DNA of 63,990 nt, the filler included, from Diploschistes diacapsis (lineage: Eukaryota), in the NCBI GenBank assembly GCA_023645945.1. It is 5 parts of 5 records of this genome, joined end to end, with 100 filler letters (N's around TTAATTAATTAA, not from the genome) between each part and the next. Parts side by side here need not be neighbours in the genome. Positions count along the whole stretch, not along the records: positions 13,058 to 26,010 come from JALAIB010000702.1; positions 26,111 to 39,062 come from JALAIB010000703.1; 3 more parts are not named here. The stretch is one strand, 5' to 3'. Under the pieces are notes generated by a model. The model worked only from the letters and a program-made list of their open reading frames with translations, had not been told where the DNA came from and did not search any database. Of the stretch, positions 12,958 to 26,426 are shown one piece after another (the stretch's first letter is position 1; each line of letters starts with the position of its first letter). Position numbers and translations under genes: made by a program.

Positions 12958-13057
12958 NNNNNNNNNNNNNNNNNNNNNNNNNNNNNNNNNNNNNNNNNNN
13001 NTTAATTAATTAANNNNNNNNNNNNNNNNNNNNNNNNNNNNNNNNNNNNNNNNNNNN
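12958..13057. other. Artificial contig linker (N44-TTAATTAATTAA-N44)
   Basis: 100-bp spacer with stops in all six frames. Confidence 0.98.
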
Positions 13058-14746
13058 GTTGGTGTCTGAGAAGGCATCCGGGTCGGAGTCGGAGCCGGAG
13101 GCATGGGAGAGGGTGGAGGGGGAGGGTGAGGCAGCGGAGGAGGTGCCGGAGTCCAGGGCTTGCGGTTCGAGTTCTTCGATTGCTTCGAGTATGAGGTCGG
13201 AGGGGGATGTTGAGAGGAGGGATATATCATCGTCATTGGGAAGGATTGCCTGGGTGGGGAGTTGGATGTTATTGCTCGGTGAGGTGGCCTTCAGGGCGGC
13301 TTCTGTAAGGGGCTGTGGTTTTGCGGAGGGAAGGCTGCTATCAGCTACGGAAGGGAGTTCTGGAGTTGCCGTCACGGCCTTGCGCTTCGATTTCATTGCA
13401 GAAGCATGTTCCTTGTTAGCTACCGTTTTTGTTTCCTTAGCTTCCTCCTTGACAGTCAGTTTTTGCGACTTTTTTGCCTGAGCTTCCAGCTCGGCGAGAC
13501 GTTTTTGTGTCTTTTCTAGAGTCTTTCTCAGCTCATCAGCCTCATTTTGCTCATCCCTGTGTTCTGCTGGTTTCTTCTTCTTTCTCTTTCTACTGTTCTT
13601 GTCTTTTTTCTTCTCTCTACTGCTTTCCTCTGCTGCTTTCTTCCTCACTTCCTCTCGCTCCACTTTCTCTTTAGACCGCTCTTCTTTCTCTTTTCTCACC
13701 CGTTCCTGCGCCAGCGCTTTCTTTGCATTAGCTTCTGCGATCCTAAGCTTTGTAGGGAAGCGTTTCCGTCGCTCCTCGATCCAGGCCGCTATGTCTTCGG
13801 GAGAACTAAGTGCTGCAAGTTTACCCTTATAAGAAAACGAAAATAATGGATGTGAACCATTAGGTTTGATTATAGTCGCTGCAAGTTTCGATTCCTCGTC
13901 CGCATCATCTTCGCTATACTCTGGGTCATCGACCTTGGGAGTGAGGCCTAGCTGGTTATGTTGACGTTTTTTCTTCTTTGTCTGCGCCCCTTCTTTAAAT
14001 GGTAGCGATGCCGGGGTAGGAATCGAAAGAGGAGCACCGAAACTAGGGACTGAAGGGGCTGTAGCAGTCTTGGGCTTGATATCTTTGTGACCAAATGCCT
14101 CGCCAAAATGTCTCTTCTGGCCACGTCCCCTGCCGCTACTTTGCAGCCTGTTGTCAATTTTATAGTGAGCGCTGTTTGCCCCGTAAGACTGATTTGGAGA
14201 AACCGCATATGCACTATCTCGCATATCTTTAAACCCCATACGAATAGGCGGGCCCATAGTAATTGGTGGTGTGCCCTGGGGCGCATATTGATTTGGTTGA
14301 TTGGCATATACAGCGGCACCACCGTAGGTTTGCGGACCATAGGTCTGGCCTTGAGTAAAGTGATTTGGCGCTTGATGCTGTTGATATGAACCCGTCACGG
14401 TGTGCGTCACGGTTTGATTTGTAGCGTAGCCTTGCTGCCACTGTCCGTTCGCTTGATTATATTGCTGGGGCCTAGAATTCGATGCCCCTTGATTGTTTGA
14501 GAACCCGTTTCTTTGCTGGTAGCTGTATCCGCTGCTTGACGCGGCGCGAGCGTAGCCTTGAGCGTTCCAAGTATTTGATAAACCTCCGCGATTTCCGCCT
14601 CTTTGACTTGGGTACGCTCCACCTCGCCCTCTCCCCAGTCCATTACCCCAATTCCCTCCGGAATTCCCACGTGAAGCGGTAGAGGACTCCTGAGTAGCAA
14701 CGGGCGGTGGAGGCGGAGGTGGTGGAAAGACAAAGTTTGACGCCAT
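13058..14746 (-). CDS. NUFIP1/Rsa1-domain protein (box C/D snoRNP assembly factor-like), 3'-truncated by contig end
   Basis: Long ORF with 'SPEDIAAWIEERRKRFPTKLRI' (NUFIP1 motif), RGG/QY-rich N-terminus and a K/E coiled coil. Confidence 0.8.
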
Positions 14747-15043
14747 GTTTGAAAGTCACATGGATCAATGTGCTATAGTGATAGACGGCCGAGATGTTCA
14801 CGTAGTGTACAAAAGAAGTTCTCTCATAACTCGCGTGGAGAGCGAAAAAAGAGGTTCTAGATGCGGGTTTAAGAACGAAGGTTTGCGGGGAAATTTTGGG
14901 CTGCTCTGATTGGCTGGCAAGCTTATTTCCCTTTTAGGATCAGGGCTTCAAAATGGGAATATCGAAGTGCTTCGTGTATCTCAAAGGTTTGGACATATCT
15001 TTTAAACTCTACACAAAGACCATGGTATCCAAGCACGAGTGCC

Positions 15044-15879
15044 ATGTTCATTCTTGTGAGCAAGTAGTTTCAAGACTTTAATCTACTCGCTCATTATTTA
15101 TTCAGACTACCATCTCGGATTTGGTCCAGATCATCCCTGAGGATTTTCGAAAGAGGAGTGCAGATGCTATAGAGGACAATCTAAACACCAAATACTCAAA
15201 CAAGGTATCCCTGCTCGTGTAATATCTCTTACACTGGGCTAAGGTATATATATAGGTAATCCAGAAAGTTGGGCTAGGGATCTGTTTCTATGACCTCTTG
15301 AAAGCCTCTGAAGGACAAATCGGTCATGACAACACCGGAACAGTCAATGTGAATGGCAAGGTTCCTGGTCAGAGTTACCAGACGCGGACACTGACCGCTT
15401 TAGTGGTCTTCCGCCTGCTAGTCTTCCGACCTTTCCGCAGTGAAATAGTGTGCGGGAGAATATCTACTGCTACCGAACAGGGCATCAAAAGTATAATATT
15501 ATTTCACTCCCGCAAGGCAAACCGCTAAAGTATGATTCAGTAAATCTCGATTTCTTCGATGATATCCATGTACCACCGGACAACCTTCTACCTGGAAGCG
15601 TCTTGTAAGCTGCACTTGTTGTTTCAGCTGTTCCATAATGATAATTTTCAACACAGCGATCCGAAAGACCAGGTGTGGATTTGGTACAATGAAGGCGAGC
15701 GATTCTATTACGACAAGACTGAATGGGTGCGCGTAAGGATCGAGCAGGAACACTGGCATGAAGCTTCTCCCACCGAACCTGGAAAGCATGAGGAGACTGC
15801 ACTTTCTGAACGGCATAGCCCTTATAGTATCACAGCATCGATGAAGGAGTCGGGCCTGGGGGTTGTCACGTGGTGGTAA
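15044..15879 (+). CDS. RPC25: RNA polymerase III subunit RPC25 (multi-exon)
   Basis: ATG 15044 'MFIL', then spliced 'TTISDLVQIIPEDF..NTKYSNKVIQKVGLGICFYDLL..FRLLVFRPF..DFFDDIHVP..PYSITASMKESGLGVVTWW'. Confidence 0.92.
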
Positions 15880-16176
15880 AGAAAGAGACCTGACTTTTGA
15901 GTGCCCATTGTGTGATCCTATCACATGCTTGGTTGATTCTTGACTACAACGAAGGAAATCAATTGTTCATTACCTATACAGTGTTCTTGGCAGTCTTGCA
16001 AACAATAACTATCCCAAAGTGACATATGCTTTAACACCTTCTGCTTCCCCACTGCCGCCACCAACCGGAGCACCTTGTCTTGATCGGCCTAAGTTTCCAG
16101 TATACCAAAAGAAGACAGCATAGCCGAACACAGTTATCTCAGTAACGCCTCCTCGCTATGCGTGCCATAAAGTCCG

Positions 16177-17263
16177 CTAGATACGCCCCTTTGCCTTGGT
16201 TTGAGATACGAGCGCTTTCTTCCTTTCTTTCTCTCGCTTCAGCCTCTCCAATTCTGCCTGCTCCCTAGCGTCCTCCTTTCTTGCCGCCCTCTCAGCCATT
16301 ACATCTTCCTCTTCCACGTCTTCGAATCCTGCATCCATATCGGAGTAGTCCTCCGAAGCATATGTATATTGGTCTTCACTGCCGTAACCTTCGGATTCGT
16401 CATCGTCCAAATCGTCTTCCTTCCGACGGTGCTTCGATGAAGACTGGAGTTTCGAGCGAACTGGTTCTGAGTCGCTGTGGTATGCCCTCTTCGAAGAAAC
16501 AGCCACCTTCGAGGATTTCATTGTGCCTTGATAAGAAGCTTGCGGTTTAGCTTTGGCGGTTCCATGATAGTTGGCCGAGGGTTGAGGCTTAGTGGATGAT
16601 TTGCCTGTTCCTTGATACGCTCCAGGTTTCACTACTTTTCCGCCAGCTTTGTTATCAGGGACAGACTTTCTGATAGCCAATTCGGTAGTTTTGTTCACAA
16701 GACCACTTTTTCCAACCACCCCTTTCACAGGTTTCTTTCTTGCCAGCTCCTTTTCCAAGGCAATCTCTTTCTTGGCACTTATCTTCTCCTTGGGCTTGTG
16801 GGTGATAATACCTACTGGAGGACCTTGGTTGTTTTTGGCACGAGCCAGAATTTCTGCAAACGATCCCTTCTTGGGTTGTATATTTCTAGATGATACACTG
16901 GCTGGGATAGACGACCCTTGGCGACTCGTTCCTTTGTAAGTATGGGGCGTCTCGTTCGGCTTGGTCTTCAACGAATGAGGGGTGTTGAATTGCCTGTTTT
17001 CGAGCGCAGTGGGCTTGGTAGTTGGTGTATTTGAGATTTTGGTGATCTTGTTGTTCCCAGGTTTCAGGTCGTTTTCTGCTTTGCGCTTCACTCCGGTAGC
17101 TGGCGTCAGAGTCTCTGGTTTCCTTGCAGTCGATGGCGTGCGACGTATGTCTGGAGCCTGAATCGGTGCAGCACCACCATCGATGCTACTCAGAACGGAG
17201 TTGAGAAACTTGACTAGATTAGTACGGCTCCTACCATGGAGGATTGGGATTACTCACGCTCAT
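16177..17263 (-). CDS. SPT2: SPT2 chromatin protein (micro-exon ATGAGC 17263-17258 plus long exon)
   Basis: C-terminal SPT2 motif 'SDMDAGFEDVEEED..AERAARKEDARE'; N-terminus 'MS|FLNSVLSSIDGG' after GTGAGT intron. Confidence 0.82.
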
Positions 17264-17773
17264 TGTTGCCCACCTGATTACCGCCTGTGGTTTGTAGGTC
17301 TAGAGAACATGCTTGAAGAACCGGAACGAGGCCGAGAACATATAGGCATCGACTGACACAGACGTAACCTGATTGCTACATGAAATGACGCAGTGTAGTG
17401 AATGCTGAGAGATGATCAGAGTGAAATGTAGTGAGAGAAGGAACCGGAAGCGGTCATTATTGTTGGGTACTTGCGGCTGGCAATCGGACTTAAGAAATGT
17501 AACCCCGCTATACAAAAACGGCAAATAAGGGTAAAATAACCGAATTTTCCCCACAAGAGGCTCGCACCGTATCTCAACTTTTACTAATTAGAGTCATATC
17601 GCTTTAAAGAGTCATTTCTTTGTATAAGAACTTGAAGTTTCAGTCTCCGCTCAAGTTTGCGGTTAAACCGATTGACTCTCTTGTTCATCACCACAAGTGC
17701 CTATTACCGGTAAGGATTGAAGAACGTCTGTCTCAATTGTTAAAGCAACTAAAGGGAACCCAGAATATCAACC

Positions 17774-18172
17774 ATGAAGCACCTCGCCGCATACCTCCTT
17801 CTCGGCCTTGGTGGGAACACCTCCCCTTCTGCCTCCGATATCAAAGGTGTTCTTGAATCCGTTGGTGTCGATGCGGACGAGGAGCGTCTTGAGAAGCTTC
17901 TCGGTGAGCTAAACGGCAAAGATATCTCAGAGGTATGAACTAGCAGATAATAAAAGGGAAACTGGTCGCTTATAGATAACCTCCAGTTGATCGCCGAGGG
18001 ATCTTCTAAGCTAGCTTCTGTTCCATCCGGTGGTGGAGGAGGTGCGGCTGCCCCCGGTGCAGCTGCTGCGGGTGGTGGAGGCGATGCCGCCGCCGAGGAG
18101 AAGAAGGAGGAAACCAAGGAGGAAGAGAAGGAGGAATCAGACGAAGATATGGGATTCGGTCTGTTTGACTGA
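17774..18172 (+). CDS. RPP2: 60S acidic ribosomal protein P2 (2 exons; intron 17933-17986)
   Basis: [31 protein letters not shown]...[13 protein letters not shown]. Confidence 0.97.
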
Positions 18173-18723
18173 ATGAAAATTTTCAAGGACTACCTAGGGT
18201 TTGCGGATACATAGAGAAGTGTGTCGGACTCTGCTTGTCTGCAATCTCTTCCATCCTAAGAATACACTATGACGTCTGGAGATCAAACATTATCATGCAG
18301 ATTCCATGGCACAACAATAGGATGTCCCTCCAGAATATATCCTTAATTTGATTTCGTTCCAGTTGCCTTGGCCAATGCACTGTGTAGCTCCAAGAAACCG
18401 TTTTTGTAGGCTAAAAGTGTGTTTATACTAATACTGCCTGAGACTATGCATGTCTCTAAAGTCTGGAGGGAAATGGATACGATTTGAGACCTCACAAGGC
18501 GCTATAACGGCCTCCGACAGAATACTAGTAGGTCAATATAGGGAGAAAGCTAGGACATTAATCTGTGGTGGCGCTAAAGCGGCATAACCCTCGCTTATCA
18601 CTCGTAACCGCAGAAAACTCCATACGTTGACCTCCACAGAAGCACGCTAAGATTTTGATGCTCAAAACCTCACGCCATCCCCATTTGCATCTCAACGTTC
18701 AGCAAAGTTGAGAGACCGCAATC

Positions 18724-19485
<762 letters not shown>

Positions 19486-20070
19486 GGGACTCGGATGGGG
19501 GAGTTGCTCAAGGTGATCATCTTTGACAACAGAGTCGTTGTAAGACAATGAATGCATTACGAAACCTCGATTGGTTTTCATAGCCTTTTCTTGCTTCAAG
19601 GCTATACTTGGCAGGTCTGCAAGGAGGCTGCTTACATGGAAAGTGACTTTAATCATGAGAATTGCTTACTCCTTTCTGTGAATTATATTAATACAGCGGA
19701 GACACCATGCATGTCTCTCCATTCCTGTCTCGTTTAGGACCGGCCTGCGATACTTTCCTTCTTTTTGGCTGACTTTAGGTACTTGTTTGGACGCTTCGAA
19801 TCAAAGCATGGCACGCTGCGTATAATGGCGTGAATAGGTATTTCTGAGAATTCCAGAACTTTCCGAGGAACGACACCATTCCCCATGTTCACCTAGACAG
19901 ATTTACTTACTGAAAGTGGTCCGGAACCTTCTTAGGGTAACAACATCGTTTCCCACGCTTCTTCCCAAAACTTGTACATAACCCACTTTCTTTACCTTTC
20001 ACAAGTCACTCCATGCTTATCCCATACATGGTTTTTGTCCAACATCGTATTTCTTAATTGAAATCCCAGG

Positions 20071-20709
20071 ATGGCGCCACGTTCCCACACCAAGCGTGGC
20101 AAGCCTTCGCAGGCCCCCAGCTCTTCTTCAGGAATTAGCCGCACCATTAAGGACAGGAAATCACAAGTGGCCAAATTCAAACGTCGTCCATTTGTCAGAT
20201 GTGAGGCCCTGTCGTCCGCCCTCACCCGTGGAGAGGGACTTTCTACTCGGCCGCCTCTGAGCGCCTCCGGCTTCCATGGCAAGATCGGCCCCTTCAGTTG
20301 TCTCTCCAACCGCAGCAGTCATTCATCCCCCCGACATGGTCAACTATGTTAGCCCTACCATTGGTCTCCCCCAACAGGTATGTCAGTCGGTGTTCTCAAA
20401 GAACCTCACTGATAGACGCCAGACCCGTGGATCGAACGTCGAGATCGACAGCGCCAATCTTGAAGCCCTTACTACCACTATAGGCGGACTGAACCTCGTT
20501 GAGGATCAACTTGTGTATTCTTCTAATCCTATGAGGGAAGGGAGTTGTACTACCGAGAGTTGCGTCGTGGAGCTGCTACCAATATCGACAGCGGCGCAGT
20601 AGGTGATGGTGAGGGTAAAGAAGAGAGCGAGTGGGTTGATCTAACTGAAGAGCAGGGAAAGAACGAGGTCGAAGATGAGCTTGATAATGAGGACATGGCG
20701 CTCATGTAA
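20071..20709 (+). CDS. Putative orphan multi-exon protein (basic N-terminus, acidic C-terminus); exon structure uncertain
   Basis: ATG 20071 'MAPRSHTKRGK'; donor gtatgt near 20378; terminal coding-like segment 'GEGKEESEWVDLTEEQGKNEVEDELDNEDMALM*'. Confidence 0.35.
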
Positions 20710-20865
20710 AAGGCACTGTTCCTCTGGGAGATGTTGTCGGAAAAGGAGGTGTATTGAGCGTGCTGTGAGCGAGCTTCGAGATGTGAAGATGATGTCTTTG
20801 TTAACTTTGCTCTCTTCTGGCTGGGTGAGAGAAGCTACAGTGACAAGTTATTGAAAATGAAAAAG

Positions 20866-21121
20866 CGGCGCTGTTGTCTGAAAATTCAAGCTCTGTAAGC
20901 ACCTGAAGTGCTCGGTGAACTACGCTGTTGTCTGAAAATCAAATATACTAATATCTCAAAAGCAAGCACTGTGAGTATCCGAAGCTCTTGGAGACTTGTG
21001 CTAATATATCAAAAAGTAAAGCATGGTAAGTAGTTAACGCTCTCGACAGACTCATACTGATATCTGAGAAGCAAAGTACTGTGAGCACCTTAAGCTCTTC
21101 GGGCTCATGCTGTTAGACCAG
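20866..21121 (+). repeat. Degenerate ~55-bp tandem repeat (about 4 units) with intron-like signals
   Basis: GTRAGY at 20895, 20971, 21026, 21081; shared AAGCTCT-like core, TRCTRAT and AAGYAAAG motifs. Confidence 0.7.
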
Positions 21122-21484
21122 AATTCAATGCATGCATTCATATCATATCTCCATGTCATCAAAATGTGTTAATTCTCGTTGCTGATCTTGTACAAAGGAA
21201 CGTATTGTTAACACCTCATGTCCAATCCAGTGCTCTCCGCTTTTGTACCTCCTTCTTACATCCACCTCCGTCCATTCTCGGTCCATCTATATTCCAATAA
21301 CACTCAGCATACTCTTAGCCAGTGATCGATGCTTATCATGCCTACACATAGGCTGCACCTTGCTTTTCTTCCTCTTCCTCTCCTGCCTACCTTAACTACG
21401 CCATCACCACGATCAAAAGCACCATCGCTCCTTGTCACCCTCGTCATCCTCAACCAAGCCTCCATTTCCGACTCCACATTCAGC

Positions 21485-21934
21485 ATGGCTCCTCGAGGCA
21501 AAGCAGCCACCGCTCCCTCCGCAGCCGCAGACTCTCTCTGGCAACTTAACATCCGGCACAAGCGTCTGGCGGCCGAAACCACCCCTCCACCAACAACACC
21601 ATTTCCGCGATCGTCAGCACCGTCTCCGCCGCCACCAGCACCAACACCACCAGCACCAACACCGCCAGCACCAACACCGCCAGCACCAGCGATCCGAAAC
21701 CCTTTTGCAACCGCTCAAATGACGCCCGTTCAGCTCGACCCAGGGCCGGGGGGATATACCATCCCGGAGGTGTTTCAAAACAATCCGCGTCTCCGCGAGC
21801 TGGTGTTCCGGTTCCGCACGACCATGTCGGCACAGTTGATCCACGGCGTGCTCGTGGATGGGGGGAATGACGTCTCGCTGGAGGAAGTCCAGCAGATGAT
21901 CAGAGTCTTCGGCGCGGTGCTCATGACTCTTTGA
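21485..21934 (+). CDS. Hypothetical proline-rich protein with (PAPTP)n repeat
   Basis: Open frame 21329-21934, likely start MAPRGK at 21485; 15-bp repeat units near 21632-21690; GC3-rich 3' half. Confidence 0.5.
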   Translation: MAPRGKAATAPSAAADSLWQLNIRHKRLAAETTPPPTTPFPRSSAPSPPPPAPTPPAPTPPAPTPPAPAIRNPFATAQMTPVQLDPGPGGYTIPEVFQNNPRLRELVFRFRTTMSAQLIHGVLVDGGNDVSLEEVQQMIRVFGAVLMTL

Positions 21935-24072
21935 GCGAAGGGAGAAGGGACAAGGTGAGAGTGAATAGGTATTGTGAGGTGCGGGACATTGTTTGGCTGA
22001 CAAAGCGGGATAGCGCAGGGTGTCGTGGTGTTTTGGGAGGCAATGGAGATAATGCAGACAAATGGGGGACTAGCTTAGCTTTGGGGACGGAATGGAGTTG
22101 AGAGCGGCTAGCTATTCTTGCAGCCACATGAAGAGCCAATTTGCTCACTTCTTCCTTTTTCCAACTCCTCTATACAAGTGCATACCATACTTACTTTGAG
22201 AAACCTTACTCGCTGACGGCACCTTGCCTTCCTCGTCTTGAACCTCAAAGCATGTCTCCAGCCAACGCAATTCACGATAGTGACAAATCAGGAATCACCC
22301 CTACTCCTCGACACTAATCTACTCCGCCACCATCAGAAGATCAAGTCCTTCAGTCTCTGGAACAGCAATCGCTCGACGGAAATACCTAGACAATCCCCAG
22401 ATCGTTACCGAAGCGTTTGATACCCGATGAGCACGCCAGAGAGTTCACTCTGCTCATGCACGAAGAATGAAAACTGGACGGCCGATCATAGCCTGGGCCA
22501 TGAATCAATAGACCGTCAAGGTAAGTGTGGAAGGGGTTGATCAGTTCCTGAGATCTCGGGGTCAAGAGCCCTCCTACTCCCCAAAGACGATCCCCAACTC
22601 AGGAAAGAACATAGAATAACGGCGGAAGGGCTAACTCCGGCGTTCAGGAGTCTGGGAGTCGAGGAAGGAGAAGCCCAGCCTCATGACGACGTTCAGGAGA
22701 CGTCCCTAGCGACGACCCAGGAACACGAAACCGAGCCTCATGGGGACGTCGGAGAAGCGTCGGCCGGCCCAGCGGCTCAAGAGCAAGCAACCCAGTCTAC
22801 CAAGACAGCGTATGAGAGAGTGTGCGAACTCTCTTATGAGAAAAGTGCGATAACAGTTCGAGAACCTTGCAATCGAGGAAAACGCTCCACAGGATACAGA
22901 AATCTCCGAGGGCTTAGGCAGCATCGTGGAGATGCTACAATGAGGAGATGGGGTACACCGTCGGTATCGTTTATAGGTTGATATATGAAGAGATGCAACG
23001 CGAGCTACCAACTGAAGAAATAGCTCGATACCTAGCGTCTCTGGGAATAACCTCCGAATTTCTAGGCCCTTACAAGACAACTCAGATTCGTTTCGTTAGG
23101 CTACATATTCGATCATGGGGATGAATGGAATTCCCCGCCGGTTATCACTTGCTCAGGGCCAACGTCTAGCACGAATTGGGGTCAATATAGCGCCGGTGGC
23201 TGGGCAAAGAGCTACTTATTCCGTCCAATGGTTTTTGTCAGATACTGCCTAGGTTTCGTACAGTTTTTAGTTTTGCATGTCGTTTCATAGATAAGGAACG
23301 GCTTTCTTAACAAATCCGTGTGAGGATTATGAAGATCCATAACCAGTTTCTCTAAAAGGGGCCGAATTAGTGGTGAATAGGGGACACTGCCATCGAGTAC
23401 GTATTTGTGTATATCGCTTTGTTTCTTATACTATCTCTGAGATAGTCAAATCATTTCTGTCTCACTCTAAATGCGATAGCATCTATAATTTGCAAACATG
23501 GTGTTTTTGGGAATCGAGGTGGTTCCTCTAATTTGAAAGCTGTATAGTCTTGCAAGGAGGGTTTTCGGTATCTGCACCAGGAACAGAGACTTAGTTATGC
23601 TGCTCGATCATGCTCGATCATGCTTCTCCTGGAGTCGTAGAGTATCCACCACTATGTAGATGGCGATGGCGATGGCGATGGCGATGGATGAGGAAGCAAA
23701 GGTGAAGTTGAAGTGGGTAAGGTTATTCGGTCAGAGTTGGTGAGGCTCTGCTTTGTCAGCACATCTGCCTGTGTGAAAGCAAAATGACTCCCACTTGCTA
23801 CTTGTGAATTTTTGCAGTCGACGTACCGATGATCCATCCACAGGGTTTGTCAGTCAATGACAAATATGGCATACTTATCTGGACATCGGCCTCGAATGAG
23901 TTTACCCTCCAGCGAAGTTTCCTTTGTTGCAGTCACTCCCCGAGCTGTCGATCACGCCATCGTTCCATACCGCGCTTGTAACGCTCAGACGTAATAAGCT
24001 CTATAAATCATATAACTTCAGCACTCTCACTTTTCTTCCTTTCAAGGTATTCGCACAATACACCGAAGGAAT

Positions 24073-25418
24073 ATGTCTCCCTCATTGACAGAACGGCCAA
24101 TCGAGACGCCACCGAGAGCGCCTTCGCCTGTGCACGGTTTCGGAACCCTCGCCGTTCACGCCGGAAGCCCCCATGACCCAGTGACTGGAGCGGTTATCCC
24201 ATCCGTAAGCGTCCCAAGCTCTCATTTTATATAATATCTCGAGTTGATGAATGTAGATTTCACTTTCAACAACATACGCACAAACTGGCGTGGCTCAGCC
24301 AGTTGGTGCATATGAATACACAAGAAGTTCGAACCCCAATCGGTGAGTATTATATCCAACAAGAATGTGAAACTATAGCTGATTTAGATAGGGAAAACTT
24401 TGAAGAAGCCGTTGCAGCTCTTGAGAATGCCCGGTTTGCATTGGCCTTCGCTTCAGGCTCAGCAACGACAGCCATAATCTTGCAAAGTCTCGCTGCGGGA
24501 AGTCATGTAGTATCCGTCTCGGACGTCTATGGCGGGACTCATCGCTATTTCACAAAAGTAGCCGCGGCGCATGGCGTCCAAGTGACTTTCTCTCCTAGTA
24601 TCGAACTGGATGTCGCAGAACTAATACGACCGGGCTCGACGAAGCTGATCTGGATCGAAACGCCAAGTAATCCAACTCTGAGCTTGGTGGACATCCGCGC
24701 AGTTGCCACGATTGCTCATCAACACGGTATCAAGGTTGTGGTAGACAATACCTTTCTGAGTCCGTATATTCAAAATCCTTTGGATCATGGTGCAGATATC
24801 GTCATTCACTCAGTAACGAAATATATCAACGGCCATTCGGATGTATTGATGGGCGTTGCCGCATTCAATTCTGAAGCGCTCAAAGAGCGTCTCACATTCC
24901 TCCAAAATGCTATTGGGGCTGTTCCGTCGGCGTTCGACTGCTGGCTGGCCCAGCGCGGTCTCAAGACCCTTCATCTTCGCGTAAGGCAGGCAAGCAACAA
25001 TGCTACCATAGTCGCAAAGGCCCTAGCAGCTTCTTCAAACGTCGTCGCCGTCAATTATCCGGGGCTCGACTCGCATCGGCAGCGCAAAGTTGCAATAAAG
25101 CAGCACAGGGATGGTATGGGCGGCGGCATGTTGAGCTTCCGAATCAAAGGAGGCAAGGCTGCTGCCGAACGGTTTTGCCAACATACAAAGATTTTCACGC
25201 TTGCTGAGAGCTTGGGCGGCGTCGAGAGCCTCGTGGAGCTTCCCAGCGGTATGACGCATGCTGGGATTCCAAAGGAAGAAAGGGAGGCCGCGGGAGTTTT
25301 TGATGATCTGGTGAGGGTCAGCTGTGGTATTGAGGAGCCAGAGGATCTGAGGAAAGATATAGCGCAAGCGCTTGAAAAGGCCGTTGCCCAAACCAAGGTA
25401 AATGGCAACAATGCATAA
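24073..25418 (+). CDS. CYS3: Cystathionine gamma-lyase (PLP-dependent), 3 exons
   Basis: 'GFGTLAVHAG', 'YEYTRSSNPNR', 'WIETPSNP', 'VDNTF', PLP lysine 'HSVTKYINGHSD', 'AESLGGVESL'; introns from 24205 and 24343. Confidence 0.95.
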
Positions 25419-25625
25419 GGAGTCCCTCTACATGATTATAGAATAGACAGAATGAGGCTATGAGTATTGGGCCTGGGTTATGATGGCCTTGGCGTTAGGC
25501 CGCCGCTCAACCGTGTTTGGGAGAAAAGTTTGCAATGGTCTTTCCTATGTCTTAGATACACTAGAAGAGAAGTTAGATTCGTGACTTAGACATCTCTTTC
25601 ATAAAATCTGAGCCTGTTCTATTCA

Positions 25626-26010
25626 ATGTCCTTCAGTTTCAGCTTCGACTCCGACGACATCCAACATGAGGCTGACGAACGTGGCGAGGACGAAATGCGG
25701 GTGAATGCCTCCATCTCAACGGAATATAGCAGCCAGGAACATGAGCTTTTGCCTCCCAAGCTCAACACCTTGGAGAAGATGGTGAGCCAGATTTTATATC
25801 CAGTCTAGCTTTGCGTCAAATGTCACGAATCACCTCAATCAACCCATTTGACCGATCGAAAATACCAGTCACGTATTCATCGTTTATCTTCTCTTTCCAA
25901 AGACTCGAAAAATATAGTTTCATCCACCCTATATCCACTTCCCTATTATCCTCTATCCCCTTTCAAACCCCCACTATCTAACCGCTGCCCCCCCTCACAC
26001 TCACCAATGC
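25626..26010 (+). CDS. 5' fragment of a gene cut by the contig end; N-terminus resembles fungal Hpm1/METTL18-type methyltransferases
   Basis: 'MSFSFSFDSDDI...PPKLNTLEKM' then donor gtgagc; no catalytic domain visible. Confidence 0.3.
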
Positions 26011-26110
26011 NNNNNNNNNNNNNNNNNNNNNNNNNNNNNNNNNNNNNNNNNNNNTTAATTAATTAANNNNNNNNNNNNNNNNNNNNNNNNNNNNNNNNNN
26101 NNNNNNNNNN
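26011..26110. other. Artificial contig linker (N44-TTAATTAATTAA-N44)
   Basis: Identical 100-bp spacer. Confidence 0.98.
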
Positions 26111-26288
26111 GAAGGGTGGGAGGGAGAGTGTGGAGGAGAAGGCGAGGGAGATGGAGAGCAAGATTGATGAGGAGTTGGATAGGGATGCGGAGGCGGTGGA
26201 GTTGAGCGAGGAGGGAGGGGTGCAGTTGCATGATGAGGGCTTGTTTGAGCAGGAGGAGCGGCCGGGGAAGAGGAATAGCAAGAGCTAG
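26111..26288 (+). CDS. 3' fragment of an acidic protein cut by the contig start
   Basis: Open frame 'KGGRESVEEKAREMESKIDEELDRDAEAVELSEEGGVQL...NSKS*' convergent with SART-1. Confidence 0.45.
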
Positions 26289-26426
26289 GTCTGGGCATAA
26301 GGCTTTGTTTGTATGTGAGTTGGATGTTGAGTTTAAAGAGCACAGTTCAGCATTTTGGAACCAACCTGTTCGCTTGACGCTATTGTACTAACATTACAAA
26401 ATGACAGTGCCGGCATACGCTCCAGC

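Noticed and set aside
13002..13013. Recurrent TTAATTAATTAA palindrome every ~13 kb as a biological periodic signal
   Set aside because: Always centred in N-runs; it is an assembly linker.
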